Shown here piece by piece: positions 28,542-37,183 of a DNA stretch of 64,000 nt (the stretch's first letter is position 1; each line of letters starts with the position of its first letter). The notes beneath the pieces were generated by a model that saw nothing but the letters and a program-made list of their open reading frames with translations, made no database searches and was not told where the DNA came from. The translations under genes were made by a program, and so were the position numbers. Source of the stretch: a virus (taxonomy: Duplodnaviria > Caudoviricetes); IMG/VR virus record IMGVR_UViG_3300028197_000002; one strand, 5' to 3'.

Positions 28542-29312
28542 TTAAATTTTTTTGCTTTTCCATATTTCATTATCTTCTAGCATATGTTGGCTTCTTGCTT
28601 CTTTTTTAAATCCAGCATAATGCACAAAGTAAGATGTGTCTAAATAATTGTATTTAAAAGTCGAAACCATTTGGTTGAAGCAATTTGGCAATGAATACAT
28701 TTCAATTTTTTCTTTTATTAATAAATAATTAAAATAAGCTTGTTCTGGGCCATAAACAGAGCATGTTCTTAATTTGTTTTTGATTTCTTCATTTGTATGA
28801 AAAAGACTCAAATGCTTTTTGTTTATTACTTGTACTCCAAAATTAAAATATTTGAAGCAATCTTTTTTAAAACCACATGTAGGGATGTTTAATTCGGGGA
28901 TTGGGAAAAGTTTGCAATTTTTAATTAATTGCTGAATATTTGCGAGTCTGTATTGAATTTCTTCTTTTCTATTTTCTGGGTTATGAAGAGAAAGAAATGA
29001 AGATCCTTCATTAAAAGCACAAAGTTTGTCTTTTGATAATTCAAAGATGTCAGGGCTATCTTCTCTAATTAACACATCTGTATCTATTATTAGTGCTTTG
29101 TCAAAGTTTTCTTTTTCAAGTTCTTTTATTTTAAAATATTTTTCTATACTGTATTTTTGAGCATGAGAAAAATTTTCATTCAGTTTGTTGTTTAAGTCTA
29201 TTTTTATAAATTTTGCATTGCATTTTTTTGCATATTTTTCGAATCTTTCAAAAGCTATTTTTTCGTAATCAAATTCTTGATTAGCATGATACGTTACTAG
29301 AATTTTTTTCAT
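28542..29312 (-). CDS. GT8-like glycosyltransferase
   Basis: IIDTDVLI DxD, YFNFGV, EQAYFN, FVHYAG. Confidence 0.75.
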   Translation of the reverse strand: MKKILVTYHANQEFDYEKIAFERFEKYAKKCNAKFIKIDLNNKLNENFSHAQKYSIEKYFKIKELEKENFDKALIIDTDVLIREDSPDIFELSKDKLCAFNEGSSFLSLHNPENRKEEIQYRLANIQQLIKNCKLFPIPELNIPTCGFKKDCFKYFNFGVQVINKKHLSLFHTNEEIKNKLRTCSVYGPEQAYFNYLLIKEKIEMYSLPNCFNQMVSTFKYNYLDTSYFVHYAGFKKEARSQHMLEDNEIWKSKKI

Positions 29313-29320
29313 TACAAAAC

Positions 29321-29349
29321 TTGATTTAATTTAGGAGAAACATTATACT
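29321..29349 (+). promoter_or_regulatory. sigma70-type promoter for prs
   Basis: TTGATT-17 bp-TATACT. Confidence 0.5.
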
Positions 29350-29399
29350 TATAATAGTTATTTTAACAAATTCTATTATTATTTTAGAAAAAACAAGGC

Positions 29400-30476
29400 A
29401 TGAAAAATTTAAGATTGTTTGGCTTAGATGGATTTGATAATTATGCCAGACAGATAGCGAAATGCCTAGGGGTTCGTTTAACTCCTAGGCAAGAAAAAAT
29501 ATTCTGTGACGGAGAACCGTACATTAAGAGTATTGTTGGGTCAGAAGGAAATGTTAGAGCAAAAGACTGTTATATAATAAATTCTTTATTTTCAGATGAA
29601 AAACAGTCGGTTAATGATAAATTTATAAAAATGCTTTATTTTGCTGGCTCTCTTAAGGATGCCGGAGCAGAAAGAATAACTTTGATAGTTCCCTTTTTGG
29701 CGTATCAAAGACAAGATAGAAAAACAGAGTCTAGAGCAGGGATATACACTACCTATAGTGCTAAATTATTAGAAACAATGTGTGTTGATCGTTTGATTAC
29801 GATGGATGTGCATAATCTTGCAGCGACACAATCTGCAATGTCCATGAGAGTTTTATTTGATAATTTAGAATCTAAGAATTCTTTGGCTGATTTTATTTGC
29901 GGGGGTTATGATAAAGATGGATCTCTAATAGAGCATAAATTGCCAAATTGTTTGTATAAAGAATATGTTCTTGAAAAAAAGATTCCTGATATAGTAATAC
30001 TATCGCCAGATAGCGGGGGAGTTAGTAGAGCTAAAAGATTTAGAAATGAACTTGAGTTAAGATTAGATCTTCAAAATTCTATACCTGTTGTTCATTTAGA
30101 TAAAGAAAGAAAATCAACTGGAGAATTAGATTCTACAAAAGGAATCATTAATGCGGACATCAAAGATAAAAAAATAATAATTTACGATGATATAATTGCT
30201 TCTGGCGGTACAATAAAATTATGTCAGGAGTCTGTTGAAAAATATGGAGGTGAGGTCCACGCAGTTTGCGCCTCTCATGGTATTTTTACTGAAAAATCTA
30301 ATTTCAATTTATCTAAAATAGAAAGACTTGTAATTACTGATTCAATTCCGCCAGTAAAATTAGATTTAGATCAGTGGAAAAAAAAGTTGTTTATATGTAA
30401 GACCAGTCCTCTTTTTGCAGAAGCAATAAGAAGAACGCATTATGAAGGTGGTTCAATCAGTGAGCTTTTAGAGTAA
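29400..30476 (+). CDS. prs: Ribose-phosphate pyrophosphokinase (PRPP synthetase)
   Basis: FCDGE, PFLAYQRQDRK, MDVHN, SPDSGG, DKER, IIYDDIIASGGT, ASHGIF. Confidence 0.93.
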   Translation: MKNLRLFGLDGFDNYARQIAKCLGVRLTPRQEKIFCDGEPYIKSIVGSEGNVRAKDCYIINSLFSDEKQSVNDKFIKMLYFAGSLKDAGAERITLIVPFLAYQRQDRKTESRAGIYTTYSAKLLETMCVDRLITMDVHNLAATQSAMSMRVLFDNLESKNSLADFICGGYDKDGSLIEHKLPNCLYKEYVLEKKIPDIVILSPDSGGVSRAKRFRNELELRLDLQNSIPVVHLDKERKSTGELDSTKGIINADIKDKKIIIYDDIIASGGTIKLCQESVEKYGGEVHAVCASHGIFTEKSNFNLSKIERLVITDSIPPVKLDLDQWKKKLFICKTSPLFAEAIRRTHYEGGSISELLE

Positions 30477-30704
30477 TTATTTTTTTGATTTTTGTTCACA
30501 GAGCAACAATTCTTCTTGATGTTTCTTTTCTGTTTTAATTTTCTGATCTAACTCAGCTCTAAGAATGACAATTTCTTTATCGGCTTCAACTCCGACTCGC
30601 ACTTTATTCAAATTGTCTATTTTTACGATTGTCAGCTTGATGTCTTCCCGTCCCGGAATTTTAACAATAATTGTTTCATCTTTCTTCCTGCTTAAAACTA
30701 GCAT
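30477..30704 (-). CDS. csrA: Carbon storage regulator CsrA/RsmA homolog
   Basis: MLVLSRKKDETI..KVRVGVEADKEIVILRAEL; GGAG RBS. Confidence 0.92.
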   Translation of the reverse strand: MLVLSRKKDETIIVKIPGREDIKLTIVKIDNLNKVRVGVEADKEIVILRAELDQKIKTEKKHQEELLLCEQKSKK

Positions 30705-30975
30705 TTTTTCGCTTCTCCTTTGCTTTTTCCATTTCCTAGTCTAATTCTCTCTATCTAATTCAGGGGGAAATTATTAAATTTCCCATGTAGATATAGTATC
30801 ATTATGAATAAAAATTTTTTCCAAAAAAAAATTAATATAAATTAAATTACACAAGCAAAGTGTTTTTTTACTTTTTTTTGAACTGTTAGCAATTTACCTC
30901 CGTACAGTTTAGAAGACATAACGTAAAATCAATGACGAAATTTAATTTGAATGTAAAAAAAAACAAAAAAATTAT

Positions 30976-31003
30976 TTGACGTTTTAAGATTTTCACGTAT
31001 AGT
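30976..31003 (+). promoter_or_regulatory. sigma70-type promoter
   Basis: TTGACG-16 bp-TATAGT with upstream A-tracts. Confidence 0.7.
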
Positions 31004-31143
31004 TGAATGTAAGCGATTGAGATAAGGCCTTAAAGGTTCGTCCCGCTTGACAAGTTATTGCACTTTTGTGTTGAGACAGGTCAAATGGCTCTTATTGATC
31101 TGCCTTGGTCAAATTAAGAGTCGAACTTATAAAGGGTTTTTTC

Positions 31144-31788
31144 ATGACCACAATTAAAAGCATTTCCGGTAAGATTGAGAAAATTCAAATTTCTCTTAAA
31201 GAACTTAATGCTTCATTAAGCTCATTGAATTCAGTCACGCCTCAAAAGCCTTCGAAGAGAATTGTTTTGAGGACAAAAGACACAACCAGAAAACCAGTTA
31301 AGGCTGGGAACAAAGGTGGGCCGAATAAGTCCCATGAGATTAGGTGTTATTTTGAAAAACATGGCATGGACTCTCGTCCTCGTGATGTTATCAAAAGTTT
31401 ATCGGCTCGTGGAATTGAGGTTTCTCCTCCTTTAGTTTCTATTACTAAGGGCAATATGCTCAAGGAACTAGGCGAAGTATCTCCTAGGAAGGAAGTTAGA
31501 AAAACAGTCAAAAGTGGAAGGCCTCTTCCTTCTATTGTGACTGAAATTCTTGCAAGTCATGAAGATGGTCTTGGACTTAGTGATTTGAGAGACAAGGTTA
31601 TAGCTGCTGGTTATAACTATGAAGGAGCAAAAGAAGAATGCTTGGGAGTGTATAACAACTGTTATCAGATTCTACATAGCTTGAAGTCTGAGAAGCATCA
31701 TAAAGGCTTTGTAGATACGACTCCAGTTGTTCTTCTTGAAGATCACAAGTATCGGATTAATCCTTCTGCAAAACGAAAAACTGCTTAA
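31144..31788 (+). CDS. Putative DNA-binding/nucleoid-type protein (NKS..IR.Y domain plus C-terminal HTH-like part)
   Basis: NKSHEIRCYFEKH..RPRDVIKSLSARGIEVSPPLVS resembles 49707; family recalled from Planctomycetes. Confidence 0.55.
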   Translation: MTTIKSISGKIEKIQISLKELNASLSSLNSVTPQKPSKRIVLRTKDTTRKPVKAGNKGGPNKSHEIRCYFEKHGMDSRPRDVIKSLSARGIEVSPPLVSITKGNMLKELGEVSPRKEVRKTVKSGRPLPSIVTEILASHEDGLGLSDLRDKVIAAGYNYEGAKEECLGVYNNCYQILHSLKSEKHHKGFVDTTPVVLLEDHKYRINPSAKRKTA

Positions 31789-31815
31789 CTTCTTAATTAT
31801 TAGTAGTTTAAAGTC

Positions 31816-31858
31816 AAAAAAGCCCATTTTTTTATTGTTGAAAAAATGGGCTTTTTTT
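31816..31858. terminator. Bidirectional-type terminator hairpin
   Basis: 17-bp perfect inverted repeat AAAAAAGCCCATTTTTT / AAAAAATGGGCTTTTTT. Confidence 0.8.
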
Positions 31859-31865
31859 CTATAAT
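31838..31865 (+). promoter_or_regulatory. sigma70-type promoter overlapping the terminator
   Basis: TTGAAA-16 bp-TATAAT, 6 nt before ATG 31872. Confidence 0.6.
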
Positions 31866-31871
31866 AATAAC

Positions 31872-32765
31872 ATGACATTAAGTGACTCTATAAAACGAAA
31901 TCAAAAGCAAAAGCTCATTCAACCAGAGCAAAAAGAAAATAATTTAGAATGTGTTTGTTTGCTTGTAACTGGAAATGAATTGAATGATGGACTTTTTGAT
32001 CGTTTCTTAAATGAATTTGAAAAAACTTCTGCATCATCAGATCCAGAGATTATAGATAATATAAATTTTATTATATTTCATAAAAATATTAAAGAAATTG
32101 AAAAAAAAGATTTCTCTGTAATTAAGAGTAAATTTAAAAATTTTTCTCTTGTTGAGATGAAAATTCCAAGTGAATATGATTTTTATTTAAGAGAAAATAG
32201 TATATCTAAAGTTGAAAATATTAATTTGTATAATATAAAGTATGGCCTTAAATCTGGCGCTAATTATTCTTTTTTCAAAGCTATAGATTTTTTTAAAAAT
32301 TTTAATACAACTCTTTTTCTAGAATGCGATTGTTTTTTTGGAGAAAATTGGCTAGAGAAGATTTATAATTTCACAAAACATTCTGGTGGTTTTTGGATAG
32401 CAGGAAGCGTCTATGATAATGAAAAAACAAGTCTAAGTAGTCAGGTGGCGAATACTCATTTGAATGGCGGAGTAGCTTTATATGCTACTTCGAATGGCGA
32501 TTTTCTAAATTTCATGGAAGAGTCTTTAAGAAATTTTTTTCGATATGTATTAGCAAAGCCTAACATTCCTTATGATTATTTTATTAAGCTTCATATAGAT
32601 GATTGTTTCGATACTGATATCGGAAATAGATACTATTGGAACTTTGTGAAAAGACAATATGTAAAATGTAATTTAATATTCAATTACAGTCCAAATAGAG
32701 ATCAACATTTAGATGTGGATTACTTAAGAAAAAGACATAATTTTTCTATTTTGCATAAAAAATAA
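31872..32765 (+). CDS. Hypothetical, possibly glycosyltransferase-related
   Basis: FLECDC DxD-like, FWIAGS, HLNGGVALY. Confidence 0.45.
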   Translation: MTLSDSIKRNQKQKLIQPEQKENNLECVCLLVTGNELNDGLFDRFLNEFEKTSASSDPEIIDNINFIIFHKNIKEIEKKDFSVIKSKFKNFSLVEMKIPSEYDFYLRENSISKVENINLYNIKYGLKSGANYSFFKAIDFFKNFNTTLFLECDCFFGENWLEKIYNFTKHSGGFWIAGSVYDNEKTSLSSQVANTHLNGGVALYATSNGDFLNFMEESLRNFFRYVLAKPNIPYDYFIKLHIDDCFDTDIGNRYYWNFVKRQYVKCNLIFNYSPNRDQHLDVDYLRKRHNFSILHKK

Positions 32766-32829
32766 TCAATATTGATTTTATTGATTGAATGTTATAGACT
32801 CTAGCGACTAGATTGTTCTTATCCTAGAA

Positions 32830-33219
32830 TTGGTCTGCAATATGGAATCAGATGTTATTTTTTTAGACGACAATACTCCTTGTGAGAATAAAATTGAGCC
32901 AGAAGTTAAACTCAGTAGCATAAAATTTCTTACAAAAAGTTTTACTAAAAAAGGATTCTCTTATTCTATTAAAAATGGAATTCTTTATAAAGAAAATGAA
33001 CTTTTTGACTTCACTGGCTTGGTAGATTTTGAAGGAACTTTTCAATTCAGTGAAATTCGCTATCAGCTATTTTATTCTGCTCAATTTTTAGAGGGGAAGC
33101 TTCGTGATCAAATAGAGTTGATGAATTTTTTAATTGTTTTTAATAAAGAATCTTCCATGCAAAATTTCTTTAATTTGTTAATATTGAAAATTAAAAAATG
33201 GATGATTTGGAAAAAGTAA
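32830..33219 (+). CDS. Hypothetical protein
   Basis: ORF track; overlaps the GT2 start. Confidence 0.5.
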   Translation: MVCNMESDVIFLDDNTPCENKIEPEVKLSSIKFLTKSFTKKGFSYSIKNGILYKENELFDFTGLVDFEGTFQFSEIRYQLFYSAQFLEGKLRDQIELMNFLIVFNKESSMQNFFNLLILKIKKWMIWKK

Positions 33220-33950
33220 AAGAAGAATTTGAAAATATTGATCTGGCGAACAATGTGCAAAAAGACATATTGGTTGTTGTTCATAATCAGTTCAATTATG
33301 TTAAAAATTGCTTGAAATCAATATTCGAAAACACAAAAAATTTTAATTTACATATTTGGGACAATGCTTCCGATAAAAAAACAAAAAATTATTTAAATAA
33401 AATTTATCAAAAAAAAGAAAATGTTTTTTTATATAGATCTGAAGAAAATCTAGGTTTTATTGTTCCAAATAACCGAATGGCTCAAGGGTGCAATTCCGAG
33501 TACATTATTCTTCTGAATTCAGATACTCAAGTTCTTAATCACTGGGATAAAGTTTTAATTGGTTTTTTAAAAAAAAATGAAGATGTTTCTTTAGTTGGTT
33601 ATGAAGGGGGAATGCTAAATGCAAAGGGAAAAGGAGTTGATGTTTGTTCTGGGTATTCCGCTGATTACATATGTGGATACTGCATGTGTTTTTCTAAAAA
33701 AACGTACGAGGAATTTGGTCTTTTTGATGACAAGAATCTTAGATTTGCTTACTGTGAGGACTCGGATTTTTCATTAAGAATAAAAGATAAAAATAAAAAA
33801 ATATACGCCTGCTATGCAAAGGATCTTGTTTTTCATTTTGGAGGAAAAACTTCCAATTCGATTATTGATGAAAAAATGGCAAAAGTTATTGAAGCTAATA
33901 TGGAGCACATGCAGAAAAAATGGGCTACTTATTTAAAAGAAAAAGAATAG
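33198..33950 (+). CDS. Glycosyltransferase family 2
   Basis: VVVHN, IWDNAS, NLGF..NN, LLNSD, ICGYCM, FDD, YCEDSDFSLR. Confidence 0.9.
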   Translation: MDDLEKVKEEFENIDLANNVQKDILVVVHNQFNYVKNCLKSIFENTKNFNLHIWDNASDKKTKNYLNKIYQKKENVFLYRSEENLGFIVPNNRMAQGCNSEYIILLNSDTQVLNHWDKVLIGFLKKNEDVSLVGYEGGMLNAKGKGVDVCSGYSADYICGYCMCFSKKTYEEFGLFDDKNLRFAYCEDSDFSLRIKDKNKKIYACYAKDLVFHFGGKTSNSIIDEKMAKVIEANMEHMQKKWATYLKEKE

Positions 33951-34046
33951 GAATTACGATAACGCTAGCACTTTGAAACTCTTCTTTTACTTTCGCAGAT
34001 TTTCAGCTATAATATTTTCTTCTTGTTTGAAAATTTGTGGAGGAAA

Positions 34047-35291
34047 ATGATGTCTAAGTGTAACTTTTGCGACATGCCAGCCGAAGATTGTGGGCCTTTA
34101 ATTGAAGGTGGTTCAGAAGAGAATAAAGCGTATATTTGTTTTAATTGTATTGAACAAGGACGAAAAATGCGTCCTGAAAAGTTTGTTCGAAGCAAAAGAA
34201 AACGCAAGGATGTTAATTTACCTAATCCTAAAGAAATTGTTAGTAAATTAGATCAATATATTTGTGGTCAAGAAGTGGCAAAAAGAGATTTGGCAGTTAG
34301 TGTTTACAATCACTATGTTCGTTTATTTGATTATGATTTAAAAGACACTATAAAAGGCAGTGAACTAGAAGACACTGTAATTGATAAAAACAATGTGTTG
34401 ATGGTAGGGCCAACAGGCTCAGGAAAAACTCTGTTAGCTTCCACATTGGCATCTATCATTGATGTTCCTTTTGCAATCGGAGATGCCACAACAGTCACCG
34501 AAGCCGGATACGTAGGTGAAGACGTTGAGAATTTACTATTAAAATTGATAAGAGCAGCAGATATGGATATTGAGTCTGCTGAACATGGAATACTTTATAT
34601 TGATGAAATAGACAAAATAGGAAGAACTTCTGGGAACAGATCAATTACGAGAGATGTTTCAGGTGAAGGAGTTCAACAGTCTTTACTAAAGCTATTGGAA
34701 GGAACTGTTGCAAATGTGCCTCCCGCAGGAGGACGAAAACATCCTGAACAAGAGTTTTTACAGGTTGATACTTCTAATATTCTTTTTATTTGCGGAGGAA
34801 CTTTCACAGGTCTGGGGGATATAGTTAAGAAAAGAATTTGTTCTGAAAAAAATAAAATTGGTTTTGGAAGTTCTGTAGGGTCTGTTGATGACAAAGATTA
34901 TTCAATAGATTATCAAGCTGAAGATTTGTTTGAATATGGCTTAATACCAGAGTTTGTTGGTAGATTGCCTAGTCAAACATTTTTAGAGGAATTATCGGAA
35001 GAAAAGTTAATTCATGTTTTAACTGAACCTAAAAATTCACTTTTAAAACAATATCAAAAACAATTTTTATACAGTGGAATAAATTTAAAGTTCACTAAAA
35101 AAGCAGTAGCAGAAATTGCCAAGATTGCACATGAGCAAAAAACTGGAGCTAGGGCTTTAAGAACTATTGTCTCAGGTATTATGAATCCTATTGTTTATGA
35201 CATTTTTGATATTAAAAGAAAAGAATTGACAATTGATGATAAAATTGTAAGGGGTGAAAAGAAAGTCGTTACAAAAGTTAAAGCTGCTTGA
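34047..35291 (+). CDS. clpX: ATP-dependent Clp protease ATP-binding subunit ClpX
   Basis: C4 zinc domain, GPTGSGKT, AGYVGEDVE, IDEIDK, RDVSGEGVQQ, RKHP, IGF ClpP-docking loop, TGARAL. Confidence 0.96.
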   Translation: MMSKCNFCDMPAEDCGPLIEGGSEENKAYICFNCIEQGRKMRPEKFVRSKRKRKDVNLPNPKEIVSKLDQYICGQEVAKRDLAVSVYNHYVRLFDYDLKDTIKGSELEDTVIDKNNVLMVGPTGSGKTLLASTLASIIDVPFAIGDATTVTEAGYVGEDVENLLLKLIRAADMDIESAEHGILYIDEIDKIGRTSGNRSITRDVSGEGVQQSLLKLLEGTVANVPPAGGRKHPEQEFLQVDTSNILFICGGTFTGLGDIVKKRICSEKNKIGFGSSVGSVDDKDYSIDYQAEDLFEYGLIPEFVGRLPSQTFLEELSEEKLIHVLTEPKNSLLKQYQKQFLYSGINLKFTKKAVAEIAKIAHEQKTGARALRTIVSGIMNPIVYDIFDIKRKELTIDDKIVRGEKKVVTKVKAA

Positions 35292-35328
35292 TTAAATTAC
35301 ATTTTTTGTTAAAGTGTAAGATGAATGG

Positions 35329-35400
35329 TCTTCGGTAGCACAATGGTAGTGCGGCAAACTGTTAATTTGTAGGTTGTAGGTTCGAGTCCTACCCGAAGAG
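35329..35400 (+). tRNA. tRNA-Asn(GTT); no encoded CCA
   Basis: Cloverleaf TCTTCGG/CCGAAGA, G discriminator, loop CTGTTAA, T loop TTCGAGT. Confidence 0.93.
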
Positions 35401-35431
35401 CTTGATAAATTTGCAAAAAAGGAGTCTTGTA

Positions 35432-35686
35432 ATGTTGCCGAGCATATCAGAAAAATCTCTAGACGCTTTGAGAATTGGAGTAAGTGAACATCATCACATT
35501 TCTCATTTGAGTGAATTAGGCGTTAGTCAAAAAGTAATTAACATATTGGATTCTGAAGGAGTTTTTAGCTTGGAAAGTCTTTTGAAGAAAACAAAAGAAG
35601 AACTGCTTTCTATTCCAAATTTTGGAGAAAAACAACTTTCCGTTTTATTTAAAGCTTTGGGTAATTACGAAAATTTAGGGCAATAA
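35432..35686 (+). CDS. Stand-alone RNA polymerase alpha-subunit C-terminal-domain protein
   Basis: LSELGVSQKVINILDSEGVFSLESLLKKTKEELLSIPNFGEK matches the alpha-CTD HhH pattern; GGAG RBS. Confidence 0.85.
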   Translation: MLPSISEKSLDALRIGVSEHHHISHLSELGVSQKVINILDSEGVFSLESLLKKTKEELLSIPNFGEKQLSVLFKALGNYENLGQ

Positions 35687-35701
35687 TCATAAATATAAAC
35701 T

Positions 35702-36433
35702 ATGATTGTTTCACATAGTAAAAAATTTATTTTTATACATATTCCAAAATGTGCAGGAACATCAATTAGAAGATCAATAGAGGATTATTTCTGCGAAAAT
35801 AACATGGAAAGAGACTTGATTTCTTTTAGGGATCACCACTGGGGCAAAAATAATGATCGCAATGTAGACTTAGCATGGAAGATAAAGCACAAAAAACTTA
35901 CAGAAAAGCAGATTGTTTTTTATAAAAAATTTAATCAACATTCGCCCTACAAGCGCATTGAGTCTGCATTTAAAAAAGAAAACATTAATTTAGATGATTA
36001 TTTTAAGTTTTCATTTTTTAGGAATCCTTGGGAAAGAAGGGTATCTCAATATTTTTTTGGAAAACAACAAGCTAAAAAAAATCGTTCTTTCTTTTTAAGA
36101 AATAAATACTACCAAGAGAGTTTTAAAAATTTTGCACTTTCACCACCGCCGTCACATCAATACGAATTTATTGTAAACTCTAGAGGCAAAATCGGCGTAG
36201 ATTTTATTGGTAGATTTGACAATCTGCAAGAAGACTTTGATTACGTTTGCGAAAGAATTGAAATTCCAAAAATGGAACTTTCTCATCGAAACAAAACAGA
36301 TCATGAACATTACATGGAATATTATGATGATGAACTTATGAATTCTTTTGCTTTAGAGTACGCAGATGATATCGAAGTGTTTAACAGGTTGCCAATCAAA
36401 CGGAGAGAAAATCCGGCGTGTGGAAGTCAATGA
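35702..36433 (+). CDS. Sulfotransferase family 2 protein
   Basis: FIHIPKCAGTSI, FSFFRNPWERRVSQY, DFIGRFDNLQED; C-terminal tail looks atypical. Confidence 0.88.
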   Translation: MIVSHSKKFIFIHIPKCAGTSIRRSIEDYFCENNMERDLISFRDHHWGKNNDRNVDLAWKIKHKKLTEKQIVFYKKFNQHSPYKRIESAFKKENINLDDYFKFSFFRNPWERRVSQYFFGKQQAKKNRSFFLRNKYYQESFKNFALSPPPSHQYEFIVNSRGKIGVDFIGRFDNLQEDFDYVCERIEIPKMELSHRNKTDHEHYMEYYDDELMNSFALEYADDIEVFNRLPIKRRENPACGSQ

Positions 36434-36587
36434 TAACGTCACACCTAGATTCCGTTAGCAGAAAGTGTGAAAAGACTAACATCAAAACCTTATTGCAACC
36501 GTCATCAACCTGACACACTTCATCTTCGGTTGACTTCCTAAATTATCTATGATACTTTAATTTTGTTTTTTTAAAAAAAAGATTGGG

Positions 36588-36616
36588 TTTACATTTTGCT
36601 GAGTAAAAGATATAAT
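36588..36616 (+). promoter_or_regulatory. sigma70-type promoter
   Basis: TTTACA-17 bp-TATAAT upstream of 36688. Confidence 0.65.
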
Positions 36617-36687
36617 GGTTAAGGTGCAAGGTTAAAAAGTTCAGAAAGTCAAAAGCACCAATTTGATTTTCACCGAAGGAGCGACTT

Positions 36688-37107
36688 ATGAGATTTGTTT
36701 TCCTTTCTGCCTTAGCTGTGTTCTTTCTGATCCCTCAGACAGACGCAGAGGCTCGAAGATGGAGAAGAAGCAGCAGTAATAATTATTATTATAATACATC
36801 TAGCAACACATCTAGTGTTGACAATGTTACTGCTCAAGGTGTGGCAAACACTATGGCATCACGGAATCGTGTTGCTCATTTTGGAGGACATGCTGGACTT
36901 TATGAAGGTTGCGGAAGCGGCTGGAGTCAAGACCAAGCCTATAGGAACTGTTGCTACTCCTCATCAGGAATGCCTACAGTAGACGTAGGATATGCACAGT
37001 CTCCAAGTGGAATGTGGTATTGTTGTAGAAGGTATAGCAAATACGGCAATTCTATGGCAAATTCTTCAACTGTAGTACACACTCCGGTAGTCATTATTGA
37101 AGAATAA
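36688..37107 (+). CDS. Secreted Cys-containing protein of Planctomycete-like type
   Basis: Signal peptide (AEA); TAQGVA..HFGG..YEGCG..AYRNCC..VDVGYAQ..WYCCRRY. Confidence 0.65.
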   Translation: MRFVFLSALAVFFLIPQTDAEARRWRRSSSNNYYYNTSSNTSSVDNVTAQGVANTMASRNRVAHFGGHAGLYEGCGSGWSQDQAYRNCCYSSSGMPTVDVGYAQSPSGMWYCCRRYSKYGNSMANSSTVVHTPVVIIEE

Positions 37108-37120
37108 TAATTAAATTTAT

Positions 37121-37171
37121 AATTAAGCGACCAATGGTTTGTGGGTCTGCCATTGGTCGCTTAATTTTTTT
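37121..37171 (+). terminator. Rho-independent terminator directly before the sigma RBS
   Basis: 17-bp perfect stem AATTAAGCGACCAATGG / CCATTGGTCGCTTAATT plus T run. Confidence 0.85.
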
Positions 37172-37183
37172 GGAGCTTATGTT

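Noticed and set aside
29400-30704. Complete NAD-reconstitution anti-defence pathway
   Set aside because: No Nampt/Namat-like partner in the window
36380-36540. Hidden minus-strand gene or mobile element behind the sulfotransferase
   Set aside because: GC-richer and the sulfotransferase tail looks odd, but the open frame lacks a start and no terminal repeats or transposase were seen
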